DNA of 64,000 nucleotides from Eimeria praecox. Taxonomy: Eukaryota. The notes beneath the pieces are model-generated. The model had not been told where the DNA came from and ran no database searches. It worked only from the letters and a program-made list of their open reading frames with translations. The translations under genes and the position numbers were made by a program. The stretch lies in NCBI GenBank assembly GCA_963920595.1, contig OY986950.1:2418001-2482000 (forward strand), written 5' to 3'. Positions 1 to 13,330 of this stretch are shown here, piece by piece (within the stretch, counting starts at the first letter, position 1; each line of letters starts with the position of its first letter).

Positions 1-272
1 ATCAGGACGGCCACGCGACTTACGGTTGGTCAGTAGCTGGCTCAGATATGGGGCAGCTGAGAGAACAAAAGGCTTGTCGCCTAAATCTGCTGTCTCAAGC
101 TCATCTTCAATGCTTCCCACGAGAACTGCAGCACAGGCAAGCAGGTTTGTAGCTGCATTGGCTTTGCAGGAAAGTGGATTAGCTCTGCATTGAATTTGTG
201 GCGGCAAAGTCATCAGTATTGAGCTCCCCTACTCAAAGCAGCGTACGTAAACAGCACATCAACATCGCATAC

Positions 273-3200
273 CTGGAAATAATAGGGAACGGGCGTATTC
301 ATAGATGCTGCTTCGCCCATCTTCTCTAAACTCTGGGAGACGCTGCAAAGCAAGCATTTCTCCGTCTCCGTCCATGCACGATGTGATAGCGTCCTCCACT
401 CGAACTAGGAAAATAATTTGGAACAACACAATGCGCAGAGCAAAAGCAAGGAGAAATGGTTTTGACAGCAGTCGCTGCTACATCCATCCAGTAAATGACT
501 GCGACCCTGCAAAGTGGAACAGCAGCAAATAAGGACTATCCAGTAAGTTATAAACTGTAAGTCACCATTGCAACCCTCAATAACAGCATCTCTGAACACC
601 GCGTCGTTCATTAGGGAGGTGAGTTCTTCCACCGGAACTGTCTGCACGATATTCTTGACGTAGTTGTCCAGTCCAGGGCACTGTGAAGAGTTGTTCCTTT
701 CCCTTAGCATTATACCGCTGATGTGTGCATTCAGGCAAGTAGTTGCATAGGCCGTCAGCTGAGGAAGATGCCTTCGGTTAGGGGATCCCCTGGTCACTGC
801 AAACGGCGAACGCGCAACATCATGCTCTACTCAAGCAATACAGCCAGCGTTGGAATTTTAGAATCATGAACGCTAGGGCGTTCCGTTGTTGGGGTGGTGC
901 CGAGATGGCATTTGAGCTTCTGGAAGGCGAAACAACTTTTAAAATCGAGCTCCAAGGAGCATGTGACACACAGGAGCTCCAGTATCAGCTTTTAACGCTG
1001 TGTATGGAAGCAATGATGCTGGAGCTTACACATCTCCGTGTGAAAGTCCATCTCGACTCCTAGAAGAGCTAAACCCATGGACGTTTCCGCTGAAAGAGAT
1101 AGCACGAAGCCGAATAACGTAGGTGCCCATCCCCTGGAGCGCATAGCCCCCTTCATTTAACCGAAGCCTTTGATAAGTCTCCGAAGAAAGCGAATTGCTG
1201 TGGAAGGCTATGCAATTCTGTCCAAATAACAGTGCAGTGAGACTTACCGAAAGCAAGAAAATCTTGCCCCCTGAATTCAGCCCAGGAAAGAGAGTCGGGC
1301 ATTGTTTCATTGTTAATGCTCAGCCCTGAAAACGCGGCAGCGCAACATAACATGGCAGCGTGAATAAGGGTGGCCATACTCATTGCCGGAGCCACACTTT
1401 GCTCTTTGCCTCAAGGCAATAGTGAGGAATAAATATCTGCAGTGACTAGCTTACCTTGGATCTGTACGTACACAAAGTCCCTGAACGCCACTGCTCTGCA
1501 GAAATTGCATCCAGCTTTGCCACCTGCGCAGCTGCTGCAATGGCCGCTGTCAAGGATCTTGAGAAGAGTGTGGACAGCTGTCCCGTAAAACGTTATGCGG
1601 TTAGCCAGGGCCCGGTGGAGGGCTGTGGTGTCTTCCACCATCAGAGACAAGGCAATATGCACCTGCTGAATCAGTCCTCCACTTGTGGGAGAGTCCAGCA
1701 TGTTTATTGGAAGCCTCAGGATCACAGAGAATTGCCCACTCCCTGCACCGTCGAAACAAAGCACGCCAATTAGTCTTTCTACCCAGATAGCTAGCACAAA
1801 TGCTTTCCGGCTAGGCATTGTTAAATTCAGTTTGGTGGGACGTCAATGTTTTGCTTTTTGTTTCGCTAGGTGGAACTCACTATCGGCATATGTCCACTTC
1901 ACGATGACGTTTTTCGGTCTTCCTCCTGGAATCACTCACTCACTCAGAACCTATGTATTTTTGCAGTTTCTGCTGGAAGTGTGCATCATATAGTGAATTG
2001 AACCCTACCGCTAGCGAGGAGCGTAGCAAAGAGGAATTAAAGTAAAGGCACTTTGACTACATGCAGACGTCGAATGCAATGCAGTGCCAAGGGAAGCGAA
2101 AAGCGAAAGCACCTTCTGGCCTGTAGCGACTCAATATGCTTGTAGCTACTTCTTTAGCTGCGCCATTAAGCTTTGCTGCACCCACAATTCCGAAGCAGAG
2201 CCAGCAAAACATCACTGTCCTCCCGGGTACTGATGATTACACTGCACCTAAGACGAATTGTTTCGCAGTAAGGGAATTGGAAGGCAGTTAGGCTCTTGTC
2301 TAAAATCCCCGCGAGCCTCACATATTTTGTTGTTTATTTCCGATAGGGCCTCATCATTTGCCTGTCCATCAGCTGCAGACAGAGCAACAATATTAGCAGC
2401 AAGAGGTAAATAGCCACGGTGCCGGGGTTTCCCTACAAAGCCGAGCGCAGCCCCCTACGCATCCTGACATACCTTTAGAAGCATAGTAGCCACGCATCCT
2501 GTGGAGCATGGATAGCATATTTTCTGTTTCTCTTCCTGCGTGCATGAATTGTATTCACACTATAGCATTTTCCTTCAAAGGAGTTCAAAGAAACAGTCAT
2601 CGGGTTTGGCTTTGCGTACCTCGAAGGTACAAGGCAATCCTAGGGCCTCTAGCTTACCTAGAGCTGGGATCCCATGCGGGGCTGTGTTGTAGCGTATTAT
2701 GTCGCCTAAACAGCAAACTCATTCATCAGTAAACCGTAACCATATACCATAGCCCCTGGCTGCAGCCTACGTTTTCGTACGGAAACCTCTTGGGGGAACT
2801 GAGCCTGTGCTGGAGACTTACGCTGCAAGACCAGGGCCTCCGGAACAGAGCCTAAACAACAAAGAAATCATGGAAATATTGCCTGCCTAGCTGACTTCAG
2901 ATGCTCCCATGGTTCGAGACTGTCTAGGAAACGCCTAGACGAAGCACTGCTCCCTCCAGGGCACGTCTCGAGAGAGGAATAAGGGAATCTGGCATTGCGG
3001 ATGCTTTAGCAACCTAGTTAGCCAGTGGCAGCACAGACACTCTGTGAGACTATGATACCCGCCTTACCAAGCAAAAGAGATGATCCTTGTTGCATTTGGG
3101 TCACCCTGTACTCTACTATCCTTCCTTCGTTCAGTGCATCTGGAGTGAAAAATGTGAAATTTGAGCCTCCGACAAAGTTATCACCCTGAAGATAGCCAAT

Positions 3201-6200
3201 GGAAACCATCTTCGCATCGGATTTCTGATAGAGCATAGCTGTGCTTCCTCCGTCTGAAGGTTGAGAGGTGGAGATCACGGCTGGGCCGAGATCGGTGTCA
3301 TCAGCCATGGCGCCTGAGCAAAAAGGGAGACACCAGCGTATATAATTCCATGGAACTGAATTTGCTTACATGTCCTCTCCATTACAGGCGAACGGAGACT
3401 ACAGTGTTCTTTATGAGAACAGGCTGTAGCACAAATTGAAATACAAAACACATGCTGCTGCTGCTCCCTCCGTAAGGATTTAGCAACAGCAAGGCAGCTG
3501 CGGCGGAGTCGGATTGTGAGGCTGGAGTCTCTTCGTGTAGATGTCTCCCTCACGGAGCTCTGTGACTTGAAAGTCAGAAGCTGTAGAAAAGGTTGGCTGA
3601 TAAGAAAAAAGCCTGAACATATCCTTGGATTTATCTTCAGGAAGCGCGAGAACAGTCCCAACTGGGATTTCCATCCACAAGCTGCTACCATGAATTTTCA
3701 TTAGCAGCGCTTCCCTCTCACCGCTTCCAAAAGGAGAAAGAGTGAGCTTATGGCACTCAAGAGGCGTCTCATGTTTTATTTCAGTGTTGAGAATGTAGTT
3801 GAGCTGATATACTAGGTGGAAGTTTCTCGAGGGGCAAGGGAATCCCAATTCACTTTCAGAGTAGGTTTGGACCCTAACTGAAAAACGCAACAGGCTGGCA
3901 CGATATTCAAGTAATTGCTACAAAGGGAGGCTAGCCAGCAGGCGGCGGTCAAGCAAGGGGCTTTGCAACAGCCGGGTTAGACCAATAATTGCTGCTGACC
4001 TGGGACAAAAGCTTTTTTGCCGCCAATGGAGGTATAAGAAAAGAGTTCTTCTCCCCTCATCTTTCCTAGTACGGGGTCAAAGCGTTTCACGGAGAAAACT
4101 TGATCGTCGCTGTCACTTAACATGTCGCAAGCTGCGGGCTGCCCTGTTAGCTTGAGCTCCACTAGCAACAGCAGATCGCAAAAAGGAAAATACAGCACCA
4201 TCATGTCACCAGCTCCTGGTGTAATTTTAGCAAGTGCATCGAGGGCATCAATAAATGATATGCCACGAGACACTTTTGGCAGCAATCTAGGAGCACGCAT
4301 ATACCATAAGCATCTGCACTTTATGTTTCTCTCCATCTAATTTGGGCAAGCTTTAAAATCTGGAGAGGCCGGCGCGCAACAAAAAGGAGCGACGCCTATC
4401 TATGCAGGGAGGGCCTCCCATTACACACTATACTTACGCAGCTGGGAATGAGGAAAGTTCACGTCGTTTGTCTGCATGTAAGGCTCAAAGCGGAGTAGCC
4501 TATTTGATCCTTTTTCACAATAAATCATTGGGGCTCTCTTTGTGCCGGTGATTGCCACCACTTGCTTTCCCGCAACAAGAGGGGGTGCGACCTCGCAAAA
4601 TTGCAGTTCCCCTTCACTCTTATCTATAATGGAGAAGGATGAAGGGTCAAACTGACCCGGAAACTCCACGATTCCAAATGGCGTGCACTCTGGCATGAGA
4701 AGATAAACAAATCAGGCTGGCACCCTCGATACCAATTACTATACCGGCAGAACCTCGTCTTCTGATGGGACGTTTCTGATTAGTGGGGCGTGCAGGCTAT
4801 ACTCAATTAGTTCTCGTTTTGCCTTGCACAACTAAAGCGAATTTCGACATTTACTTGAATTCTTGCAGCTCTCTTATCTGCGAAACTAAGGGGTTACATG
4901 TGCACTTACTTAAGGCACTCGTGTCCACTTCCCCCTTGAATTGCCCATGCACGTAGGAGGAGGTCGGTAGTTTCACGTTGGCGTGTCCTGCACACGGTCA
5001 AAAAGAGAAGCTGACTTCTTGAGATTTGCAAAGGAGCCTGCTCAGGGCATCTCTTCCTTTAGCTGCTCGGCACTCCAGCGCAGGAATCAGGAGCAAGAGG
5101 CCTCTGCAACGGTGAGGGCTAGTCTTAGACTAATGGCCGAGGGTTTTAGTTTTGTCGCATTTGGTGAATATCTCCACAATAGGCCAGGGCTTCTGCATGC
5201 AGGTGCCAGCACCCACTTTTGAGGACGCTGCGCCCACTAGAGTAGAGAAGATAAATGAGCTCAGTGCCTCCTCCAGCTGTTAACACAGCTTTGTGGGAGA
5301 GGTATTCGAAGGTAGTCTCGCTCGGCCGAGTGAAGCATCGGCGATAGGCACGGTAGTCGCAGTAGACAGGAAGGCCAGACTCCGCGAGCACTGCAAAGAA
5401 GCAGGAGAAGCAAGAACTCAGACAGATGGATCCCTGAATGCTGGGCGATAGTGCCTCTAGCCTTCAGCAACAAAATCAAGACTCACCACTCTCAAGAAAG
5501 TCTGCTTTCATGTAGTCTACTACATACAACCGGAGGCGATCCGCTCCGTCTTCCTCGCCAACTTTAAGGACAGCTGTGCCATCTGGGACTCGTCCTGTTG
5601 TCTCGGCATCCTCAAAGAAGAGACCGTCGCTCGTTCTCGCCACTTTGACGTCTTCAGGCAGAATGACTTCGGACGGCAGCACCTGGTGCACAGCTAACAA
5701 GGCTGTGGGCAAATACACAGAAGACAACGAAAGGGAGGCAAACAGACCAATTATGGAGCAAAATGTAAGGTGAGTGAGACTCAGAAGAGGAGCGACCTAA
5801 GGGTGGGGGGCTGTAAAGAAACACAGACAAGCGGTGCTGCCTCTATCTCATTCTGCATTGGTTTGCGTGCTCTAGTGTACGGCTGTCAATAAACTACTCA
5901 AATCCAACCACGTTTTGTACTTTCCCACCGCTTTGCTCTATGAGCGGAGTCAGATCATGCTTATACAATTTCATTTCTGCTTACTCGCGGGGTTTGTGGA
6001 GAGCGAGGGAGGCAGAAGGGCTGCAGCAACGACAGCCAGGAAGCCTAAGAGGCCCGGAATCTGAAAGGGCCTTAGCTTCATTATGAGCAAGCTTCTGACC
6101 AGGTTGTCTACTGCAGGGTAAAGTCAAAACAAATGGGCGAAGGTGGATGAAGGGGGGCAGGCAGGCGCTGTAGCCCGAAGCCCTAAAACTACCTCTTCCA

Positions 6201-6298
6201 TAGGACGCTGAACCCCCTGCAGCAGTGAAAAGAGTGTTAAGGAATAACACAAGGGGGATGGCCAATTCAGATTCGCCGTAGGAAGCGGGTTTTCTCAA
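273..6298 (-). CDS. Multi-exon hypothetical protein; continues beyond or near the left edge; exon chain only partly resolved
   Basis: A run of protein-like minus-strand ORFs lies in repeat-poor DNA (5476-5727, 5146-5391, 4421-4696, 3977-4336, 3480-3890, 3018-3308, 1411-1818), several ending at GT donors. One junction was checked: exon ~566-796 (...AVIEGCN G|gtgact) joins in phase to exon 273-404 (ttcctag|TT CGA GTG...; VRVEDAITSCMDGDGEMLALQRLPEFRED...LLFP|gtatgc). No family recognised; it could be more than one gene. Confidence 0.5.
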
Positions 6299-7855
6299 CA
6301 GTTTTGACTCTGGTTCGCACGTGTTACGCGCCGCCTGCCCAACCCTTTAGAAGCCAACGCTAGACAGGGCCAGTGCAGGTGAACTATAAAGGGCTTTTTT
6401 GTTTTCGAAGATATCCAGCAAGCGGCTTTCTGTGGGGAGTAGAAACAAAGGGGCCTGTAGCATGGGAACACCGCCAGGGGCCGGCGGTCACCGAGGCCTG
6501 GTCCGGAGGTTTGGGTCGTTTGACAATTGACCTGTTCTTCCCTTTGCAGAAAAACAATTTATTAAAAACAAATAATAATGTAAGCCAAAAGAAAATGAAA
6601 ATAATACCCAAGGACACACAAAACGAATGGGGCATAAAGGGACCCCCTCAACTCTCATCGGTCGGCTGCGCGCGGACGAGTCCCAACCGAGATCTGCAAA
6701 CCACACGAAAACGCTGTTCGCTAATTCCCTCTACATACAGTCGAACACCTTCTTAATTTAAGTTTAAGCAGTGTTTCCTATTAAACGAGGCCACCACTAA
6801 ATAGAGGCCTGCTTTATACCATTACTTTGGCTTTCTGTGGTCCATGGTCGCCTAGTGGATGGAGGAGCAAGGGAGCAACGAGCCACTAGAGATGCATTCG
6901 CTGCGAGACATGCGTCCTTTTAGCTTCGCTAATTAGGTATCTTGAGTTAAAATGCTAGGAAGAGATTGGCATAGGCACGTATGTCCAGGAAACTGGCAAT
7001 GTTTTCAAATACCTTTCATGACATGCTGCAACGAGGCTGTTCCCTCGGTTACCGAGCCCCGCTGCACGCGGGGCTGCACACACAGCTCGACTTCTGTGTG
7101 CTCCGTGCTGATACCATGTCATTTTAATTGCTGTGTCCAATCGAACAAGCTGAACAATCTGCAACAAGCTGCTAGCAGGTGGGGGACTGCCACCAGTTGA
7201 CGGCCCAGTTGCTGAGCTGGCCACTTAGGAGCCAAAATCCCCTAAGCCCACTTGCTCTCCGTAGCCACATGGAGAGAAAAATGAGGCAAAAGAAAGTCAA
7301 CTACACTGGGGTGCTCCAGCATAAGCCCAGCAAACGCTGGCCATCCCACTTTTACTGAAATGCAAGTTGAGTTGTTTGCGTCGGTCGCTTCAAAATTTGC
7401 CGCGCTTCCAAGCGCATGCAGAGACTTCAACTGATCTACACACGCCGGAACTCTCATGAACTTAGAAACGGAAGAAGACATCGAAACGCTTGTGCAAGAG
7501 CACCTGCATTCCATGCATTCTCCCGCAGATCCAAGGCTGCTAGCGAACCTCTCCGCAATTAAATAAACTAAAAATGGTTGGACACCCAGAGGAAGGGACG
7601 AGAAAGCTATGAATAGCCCCTCGTTCACGACAAATCCGCGGAGGATTGAAGCGGCTCTTTGGACTAACAAGCGAAACCTCTTGCAGTTGTAGAGCATTGT
7701 TACCTTGATGAAAGGACGCGCAGCGTCCAGAAACAGGAAAGCTGAGGCGCTGATTCTGCAAGCCTAGAAACAGCGCGCATTGTTTTCGCCCACGTATAAC
7801 GCATTGCAAGCAAACAACAGGTGAGGTGGCGTGGCCGCAACACCTCGGCAAGAGA

Positions 7856-8622
7856 TCAAGAAGACAACTGTTTACTCTTCTTCGAAACTCGTGAGCTACG
7901 CCGCATGCCGCTCCCAGCCTCCCCCGCGCAATTCAAACCATCCACACCAGCCACAGACCCCCTCTCGGCGTCCTTGAGGAGACTCTCCTGTGAACATGGT
8001 TTCCTTGGGCCTTGACTGCCTCGGCCACCACAGTCTGCAGAAATCTTCTGAGACTGCAAAGGGGATGCGTGACCTTGCAGACACCCCTCTCGAAGCATCC
8101 CCGCACGTCTAGGAGATGCGTCGGAAGGCCCTGCCGTGGAGCGGCTACGGCCAGCTGGTCGATTCGATTGAGGCGGGGTGTGCTGGGCTGTCTTGGCAGC
8201 TGGAGATCCGGCACCGCTAGGTTTCTGAGGCTGCTGCCGAGCACCCGTCTGCTTCGCTTGTCTGCATGAAGCAGACGGCTTGGATTGTAGACCAACGGGG
8301 GACTGTGCGCCCCGCGATTCATCGGCAGAATCTTCCTGTTCGCAGTCGGAAACCAAATGAAGAACGTCTTCCGGTGTCAATCCGCACCATTCATCTTCTT
8401 TGCTGAAGAGAGAAGGTGGCGGAGAGTACGCACTCCCTGCCAGCAGGCAGGCAGCCTGCAGCGACGCATGGACAAATGAGGACCTTCAGTATAATGACGC
8501 TTCTCCTGCTGATTGAGATACACAGCCTGCGCAAGCTTCCGAAAACGCTTTTTTGCGGATGACCTCAGCATGTGTACGATCAGACTGCGTGCATGCGCGT
8601 GGCAGGAAGTCCACCAGCGCTG

Positions 8623-8683
<61 letters not shown>

Positions 8684-11312
8684 TGCTATGGACGCATGCA
8701 TGCATATCTATATGTATGCAGCTGCATGCCTTGCAGAGGAAAGGCCGAGAAAAGCCGCAAAAAGACGAAGGCGGTAGCTCTCACCTCTCGCGCTAGTTCC
8801 TCGTCCCGATCGCTACTTATGAACTCCCTCCAGCCTCTTCGCTCCCCTGCCATGCTGTCTCCTTCGGGAGACTCCTGATGGTTGCGCTTCCGCTTCCGCC
8901 CCTGTCTCTTCTTTGTTGTCGGCGCAGAAGGGCCTGAGGGGCTCTGCGCCTGCCGACAGAATAGCGGGTGGCCATCGATCTTCAGGTTGCGCCGCTCAGC
9001 GCGAGGGGGCAGCAGCAAATGCAGCAGCGGCTCCGTCACCATAAGAAAGCGGTCCACAGTGGCTTGCTCGCTCGGGCGCAGGCAAGTCTAAATGCACCCC
9101 CGCAGTCACAGCAACACCACCCGTTGCAGCAACAGCCCAATCAGCAGCCTCTCCAAGCCTTGGCCGTCCAGATGCTACCTGTTAATGCCGCTTGCGTTCA
9201 ACTCCAAAACAATCTTTATCTGTTTGCCCACGTCTCTGCCTATATCGGTTTCTGCCCCTACAACTGTCTGCCTCAAATCTACTGTTCCTCTTGACACTCT
9301 GTCTATGCTTTCTCTACTCTCTGTCCTCTTACCCGCGATAGCTGACAGCTGCAAGTTAGGCTTTCGCTGACGCCCGCATCCAGGTGAACTGCAGCAGCTT
9401 TTCCCTTTATGTCGTAGTGCAGAGGCCACCCGAACTAAGATTCGCCACATCACGGCGCAAGGAGACAGACAGAAAGACAAGAATAAACATTAATATCAGG
9501 TAATCGAGTTGCAGCCACAACACACACACAACCCAAACACGCAAACGCTGACGCAGACATGCAAGCGAACAAGACACACAAACAGAAGATAATCCGTAAA
9601 ACTCACAAACGTCATGCCTCACTAACGCAGAAAAAGGCTTTGCTCCGTGTTCCGTGCTGCTGCTGCTGCTGTTGCTGCTGCTCCTGCTGTTGCTGCCGTG
9701 TGAGGTGAAGGTTGCTTACGTTCTTGATGGCTGGCAAGAGCATCCAGCACTGTCTCGGCCACAAGTCGAGATCTCTTCTGTCGATGAAGACGGACTTGAA
9801 GCTTTGGACCCTTGTCTGCTGCTGCTGCTGCTGTTGCTGCTGCAGCGGCGAAGGGACATAAGTGAACGCCTCGAGCGCAAATGCTTCTACAACAGCGCGG
9901 GGCAGCAAAACCTGCAGCAGCAGCCGCGTGCTGCGAGCAGACAACCGGTGGTTTACCCATAAGGCGCGCAGCTGTCGCTCGTTCGAGGCGAGAGACTCAA
10001 TCAAACAGCCCCCAAACACCTTCGTAAGTCCCACGGTGTTCGGTATCTGCCGCACAAACGCAAACCCTAAACCCTACACCCTAAAACCCTAAACCCGCAA
10101 AGCCCGGACACGATACCCTACATTGCAGTGGCCTCTATCCACATCCGAGCATCAAACCCTAACACACCAACCCGACAAACCCCCGGCAAGCAGAAGACCT
10201 CTAGGAGAGGGGAGGCAAGGAACGAAGCGGACGCAGCAAGGTTACGTGCGACGCGCAACGAGGGGCTGCTGGGCTTGAGGTGTATGTACACCCGCGAAGG
10301 AGGCATCTAGAGCCGCTGCTCACCGCATTCTTCCCCGAAGAAGGCTTGGGCCGGACTTGTTTGCTGTGTACAGTCAGCAACAAGCCATCAAAGTCCTCGC
10401 ACAACAGCTCACGACTCAGCTGCGGCAGCTCAGCAGCAACAGCACGCGGTAGCGGCTGCAGGCGGAAGGGCAAGTGGCGATTTCGCGGGTCGCTGGGGCA
10501 GTTTCGCACAGATGCTGCCAACACACAAACAAACCCCAAACCCTAAACCCTAAACCCTACAACCAAGAACCTAAACCCTGGACTCTAAACATCGAGAAGG
10601 GCTGCAGAGTTTATACAAATCTAAACAATTTATTTCCTTCGCAAGAGGAAACGCCGATGCAAAGGGCACTCAAACCCTGCATTCATACATCCTAAACTAT
10701 ACGCCCTGACCTCCTCCTACTACAGAAAGCTGAGCGCGAGTTTTCTTGTGTATAAGCAGAGGATAGCTGTTAAAGATATACAATTTACGATTGGGGAGGG
10801 CTTAAGTCTGCACCTGAGAAGCTCCAGTTAGCCTTTATTCGCCTCGCGAGGAGCCGTTGGTGGTTGAGAAGCTTCAAGTGCAGGGGGTACTGCTGCAGCT
10901 GCGCTGCTACATCTGCCCAGTTGCTGCAGTTTGGCGGCAAAGACAGCGGCAGCCGCAGCAGCTGCAGCCGCATTCCATGTCTGTCAAACCATGCATCGCT
11001 CTCTTCAATCAGAAGCCGCTTCTGGACCTCGCGCCAGTCGCCCTCCATCCCTCGAGGTGTACGTCCAGCCCATTGGATGCCCCTGCTGCACCACCTCCTG
11101 TTGCTGCGCTCGCAATTGTTGCTCTTGCTGTCGCTGTTGCTCTTGTAGCTGGCTCTGCTGTTCCTCTCGGTGCTGCTTCTGCCGCTCCAGATATTCCTTC
11201 TACTTCTGCTTCTGCTGCTGCGCCCTTTGCTGTTGTTGCCGCTGCAGTTGATCCTACAGATGCTGTCACTGCTCTTGCCACTAACGCTGCAGCTAGAGCT
11301 GGTTGTTAAACC
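7856..11312 (-). CDS. Multi-exon hypothetical protein with poly-Q inserts; 5' end uncertain
   Basis: Exon-like minus-strand ORFs at 10785-11048 (open upstream to ~11312), 10201-10539, 9612-10055, 9175-9480, 8686-9057, 8377-8571 and 7856-8380, with GT/AG sites at plausible ends. No domain recognised. Confidence 0.45.
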
Positions 11313-12769
11313 CTATACCGATAGCCTGCTGTACTCAAAATGAGGCCACCAGGAATCCTTGCATGCAAAACTAAGACGAGGCTGCTGTTGCTGAGCAGCG
11401 CACGGCTGCACCCCCGGCACTACGAACAGAAATGGCGCGGGAAAGGGGGGAATCCTTAGCAGCTTGAAAGCCCATTACAGATGAAACACCGGAAAATATG
11501 AAGTGCAAGCTTACACTAAACTACTATAGACTTCTCTTGATCGTTACAAACCATGTGCGATAATGAGACCGGGGCCCTCTCCAGTTGTCCAGTCATTGCA
11601 GCCCCCCCGCAAGGCTTTATTCATCCCTGAACGTACACAACAAGAACGCTCCTGATTCCCCTTATAAATTTTTAATTAGTTAGAAATGAATGCAGCATTT
11701 TGACGCAATTAACAACTTTAAGTCGCATACTACTTTATAATACCAAACACACAGGGGGATGGGGTGGCCGCGATCTAGCGTCAAGATCTGCACAAGACGC
11801 TGTATATAAACCCTCTGAAAACATTAATATTACGAGATCATTGCACTTTAAAATAGTAAGCCTACAACAGAAACGTGTGTCTGGATAAGCTCTGAAGCTT
11901 GAAGCCCTCTCAAATTCGTACTGTATACACCCGTATGGCCTAGAGCTCGTTCCAAGGTCTGTCTGAGGCTGGCACTTGAGGTACTTGAGGTTCCACATGC
12001 TTTCCGGATAGCTATTGATGGACAAGAAGGTGTTTAACAAATGTCTACAGCGTTTCTACATGCAGCAAAGGGAGGCTTGGTTATGCTTGCTGATGGGGTC
12101 GCTTTACAAGAAAGAGCCCTGTAGTTAAGGACAGCCAGCCCGACTCCTCTCCGCACCAGTGCCAGGCTCACGGGGTTGTTATGCCCAGGAAGCCTGGGGG
12201 TGGAGGGAAATTCATCTTCTTTGGGAGAATTATTATATTGAGTCCTCCGCTCCGTTGCAGCTGCCAGCCGTCCTTAGATTTGGGGAACGTAGCAGCACCG
12301 CATGGTTTTGGGAAGCAGGTGCGAGCAGCGACCCCTACTCCCACAGCTGAGACTGCTCGAGTTTGGTACTTGTTAGTAGCGAAGCCATTCTACAAAAGAA
12401 AGCAATCTTTGGGCAACATTTGGGCGGCCTGTCCCGGTGGGAGAAGCGCAGTGCTTTTCTCCCTCTCAGCTGAAGATGTTTTTGCAGTCAAAGCAATTCT
12501 CTTGAATGCCTCCGCCTTTCCCTCTTGCCAACACTTGATGGAGGCAGCATGCGGGTTCCTTGCTTCTCTTAAATTGTACATTCATCTTTAAAATGTACTA
12601 GAAAGGCTACAGTTGCTATTTGTTATATTGGTTCTTTCGTTCAGAAGCTGCCAGCACAACTTGGCATAGGCTGCGGGATGGATCTGGTATCTGTAGCTAC
12701 AGCAAGTAGGTGCAACCAAGTAGGTGCAACCTACCTGCGTATCTGCAGGGACAGTCGGTGACTACGCTT

Positions 12770-13330
12770 TGCCCATGGCAGACCCGGCAGGAAAATCTAT
12801 AAAACTGTGAACGTAAAGCGCAGGCTCAATTCTGAAATGGGCGATATTACCATGATACCGGACTGCTACGTTGAAAGAATTCTCCACGATAAGGTCCTAG
12901 GCATGGTGGGGGTGAACCAATGAAGGGCATTTATGCATCTACATCCAAAAGACATTCTTGCATCCTTTGCGCGAACTGCAGCGTGTCTTCAACGGAGGCA
13001 TTGCCCGAGACGGTGGAGAAATGCACTAGCACCGAAGTGATGGTTTTACGAAGGCCTCACTTTGTGGTATTCGACCCAAATAGCATGAGAAGAACAAGAC
13101 ATGCGGGAGCAGTTGAAGCAGCAGTGCTCAGAGGTGTTGAATAACCAGGAGCTCCTAACAGACCGGCCACCCGCTGGATGCCCAATGTACCGCATCGAAC
13201 TCATCATACGCAATCATAGCTTTGTTCCACGAAGCCGCCCCTGCATCTTGAAGAGAAAATTAAGGGGCAAGCACACGAAACGTTAGAAAAGGGCAAAACC
13301 CAGCCGTCTAATAACGCGTTTATCCACTAG
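12770..13330 (+). mobile_element. Degenerate Ty3/gypsy (chromovirus-like) LTR-retrotransposon pol remnant: protease C-terminus, linker and start of reverse transcriptase
   Basis: Three frameshifted or stop-containing segments occur in the canonical order. MGDITMIPDCYVERILHDKVLGMVGV (from 12837) resembles the retropepsin D-I-I-L-G-M-D-W end. ELLTDRPPAGCPMYRIELI...VPRSRPCIL (13101-13250) resembles the LPPGLPP...HRIEL...P...PYRL linker. EEKIKGQAHETLEKGKTQPSNNAFIH* (13250-13330) resembles E-L-K-x-Q-x-x-E-L-L-x-K-G-x-I-x-P-S-S-S at the RT N-terminus. Confidence 0.7.

Noticed and set aside
273..797. Frameshifted pseudogene interpretation of the left-hand ORFs
   Set aside because: The apparent frameshift and stop are removed by a phase-compatible GT-AG intron (~405-565).
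6370..6760. Possible structured ncRNA in a GC-rich patch
   Set aside because: No recognisable snRNA, tRNA, rRNA or SRP motifs; a covariance-model search would be required.
6843..7005. Second retropepsin remnant (RLVDGG...MLGRDWHRHVCPGNW)
   Set aside because: Only a short resemblance, with no supporting downstream pol motifs; it needs tBLASTn.
10857..11309. 150-aa Ala/Val-rich plus-strand ORF
   Set aside because: It is antisense to a more plausible minus-strand exon, and its composition is explained by CAG-like sequence.
11960..12040. ESF2/ABT1-like peptide MWNLKYLK on the minus strand
   Set aside because: An eight-residue resemblance with no flanking similarity.
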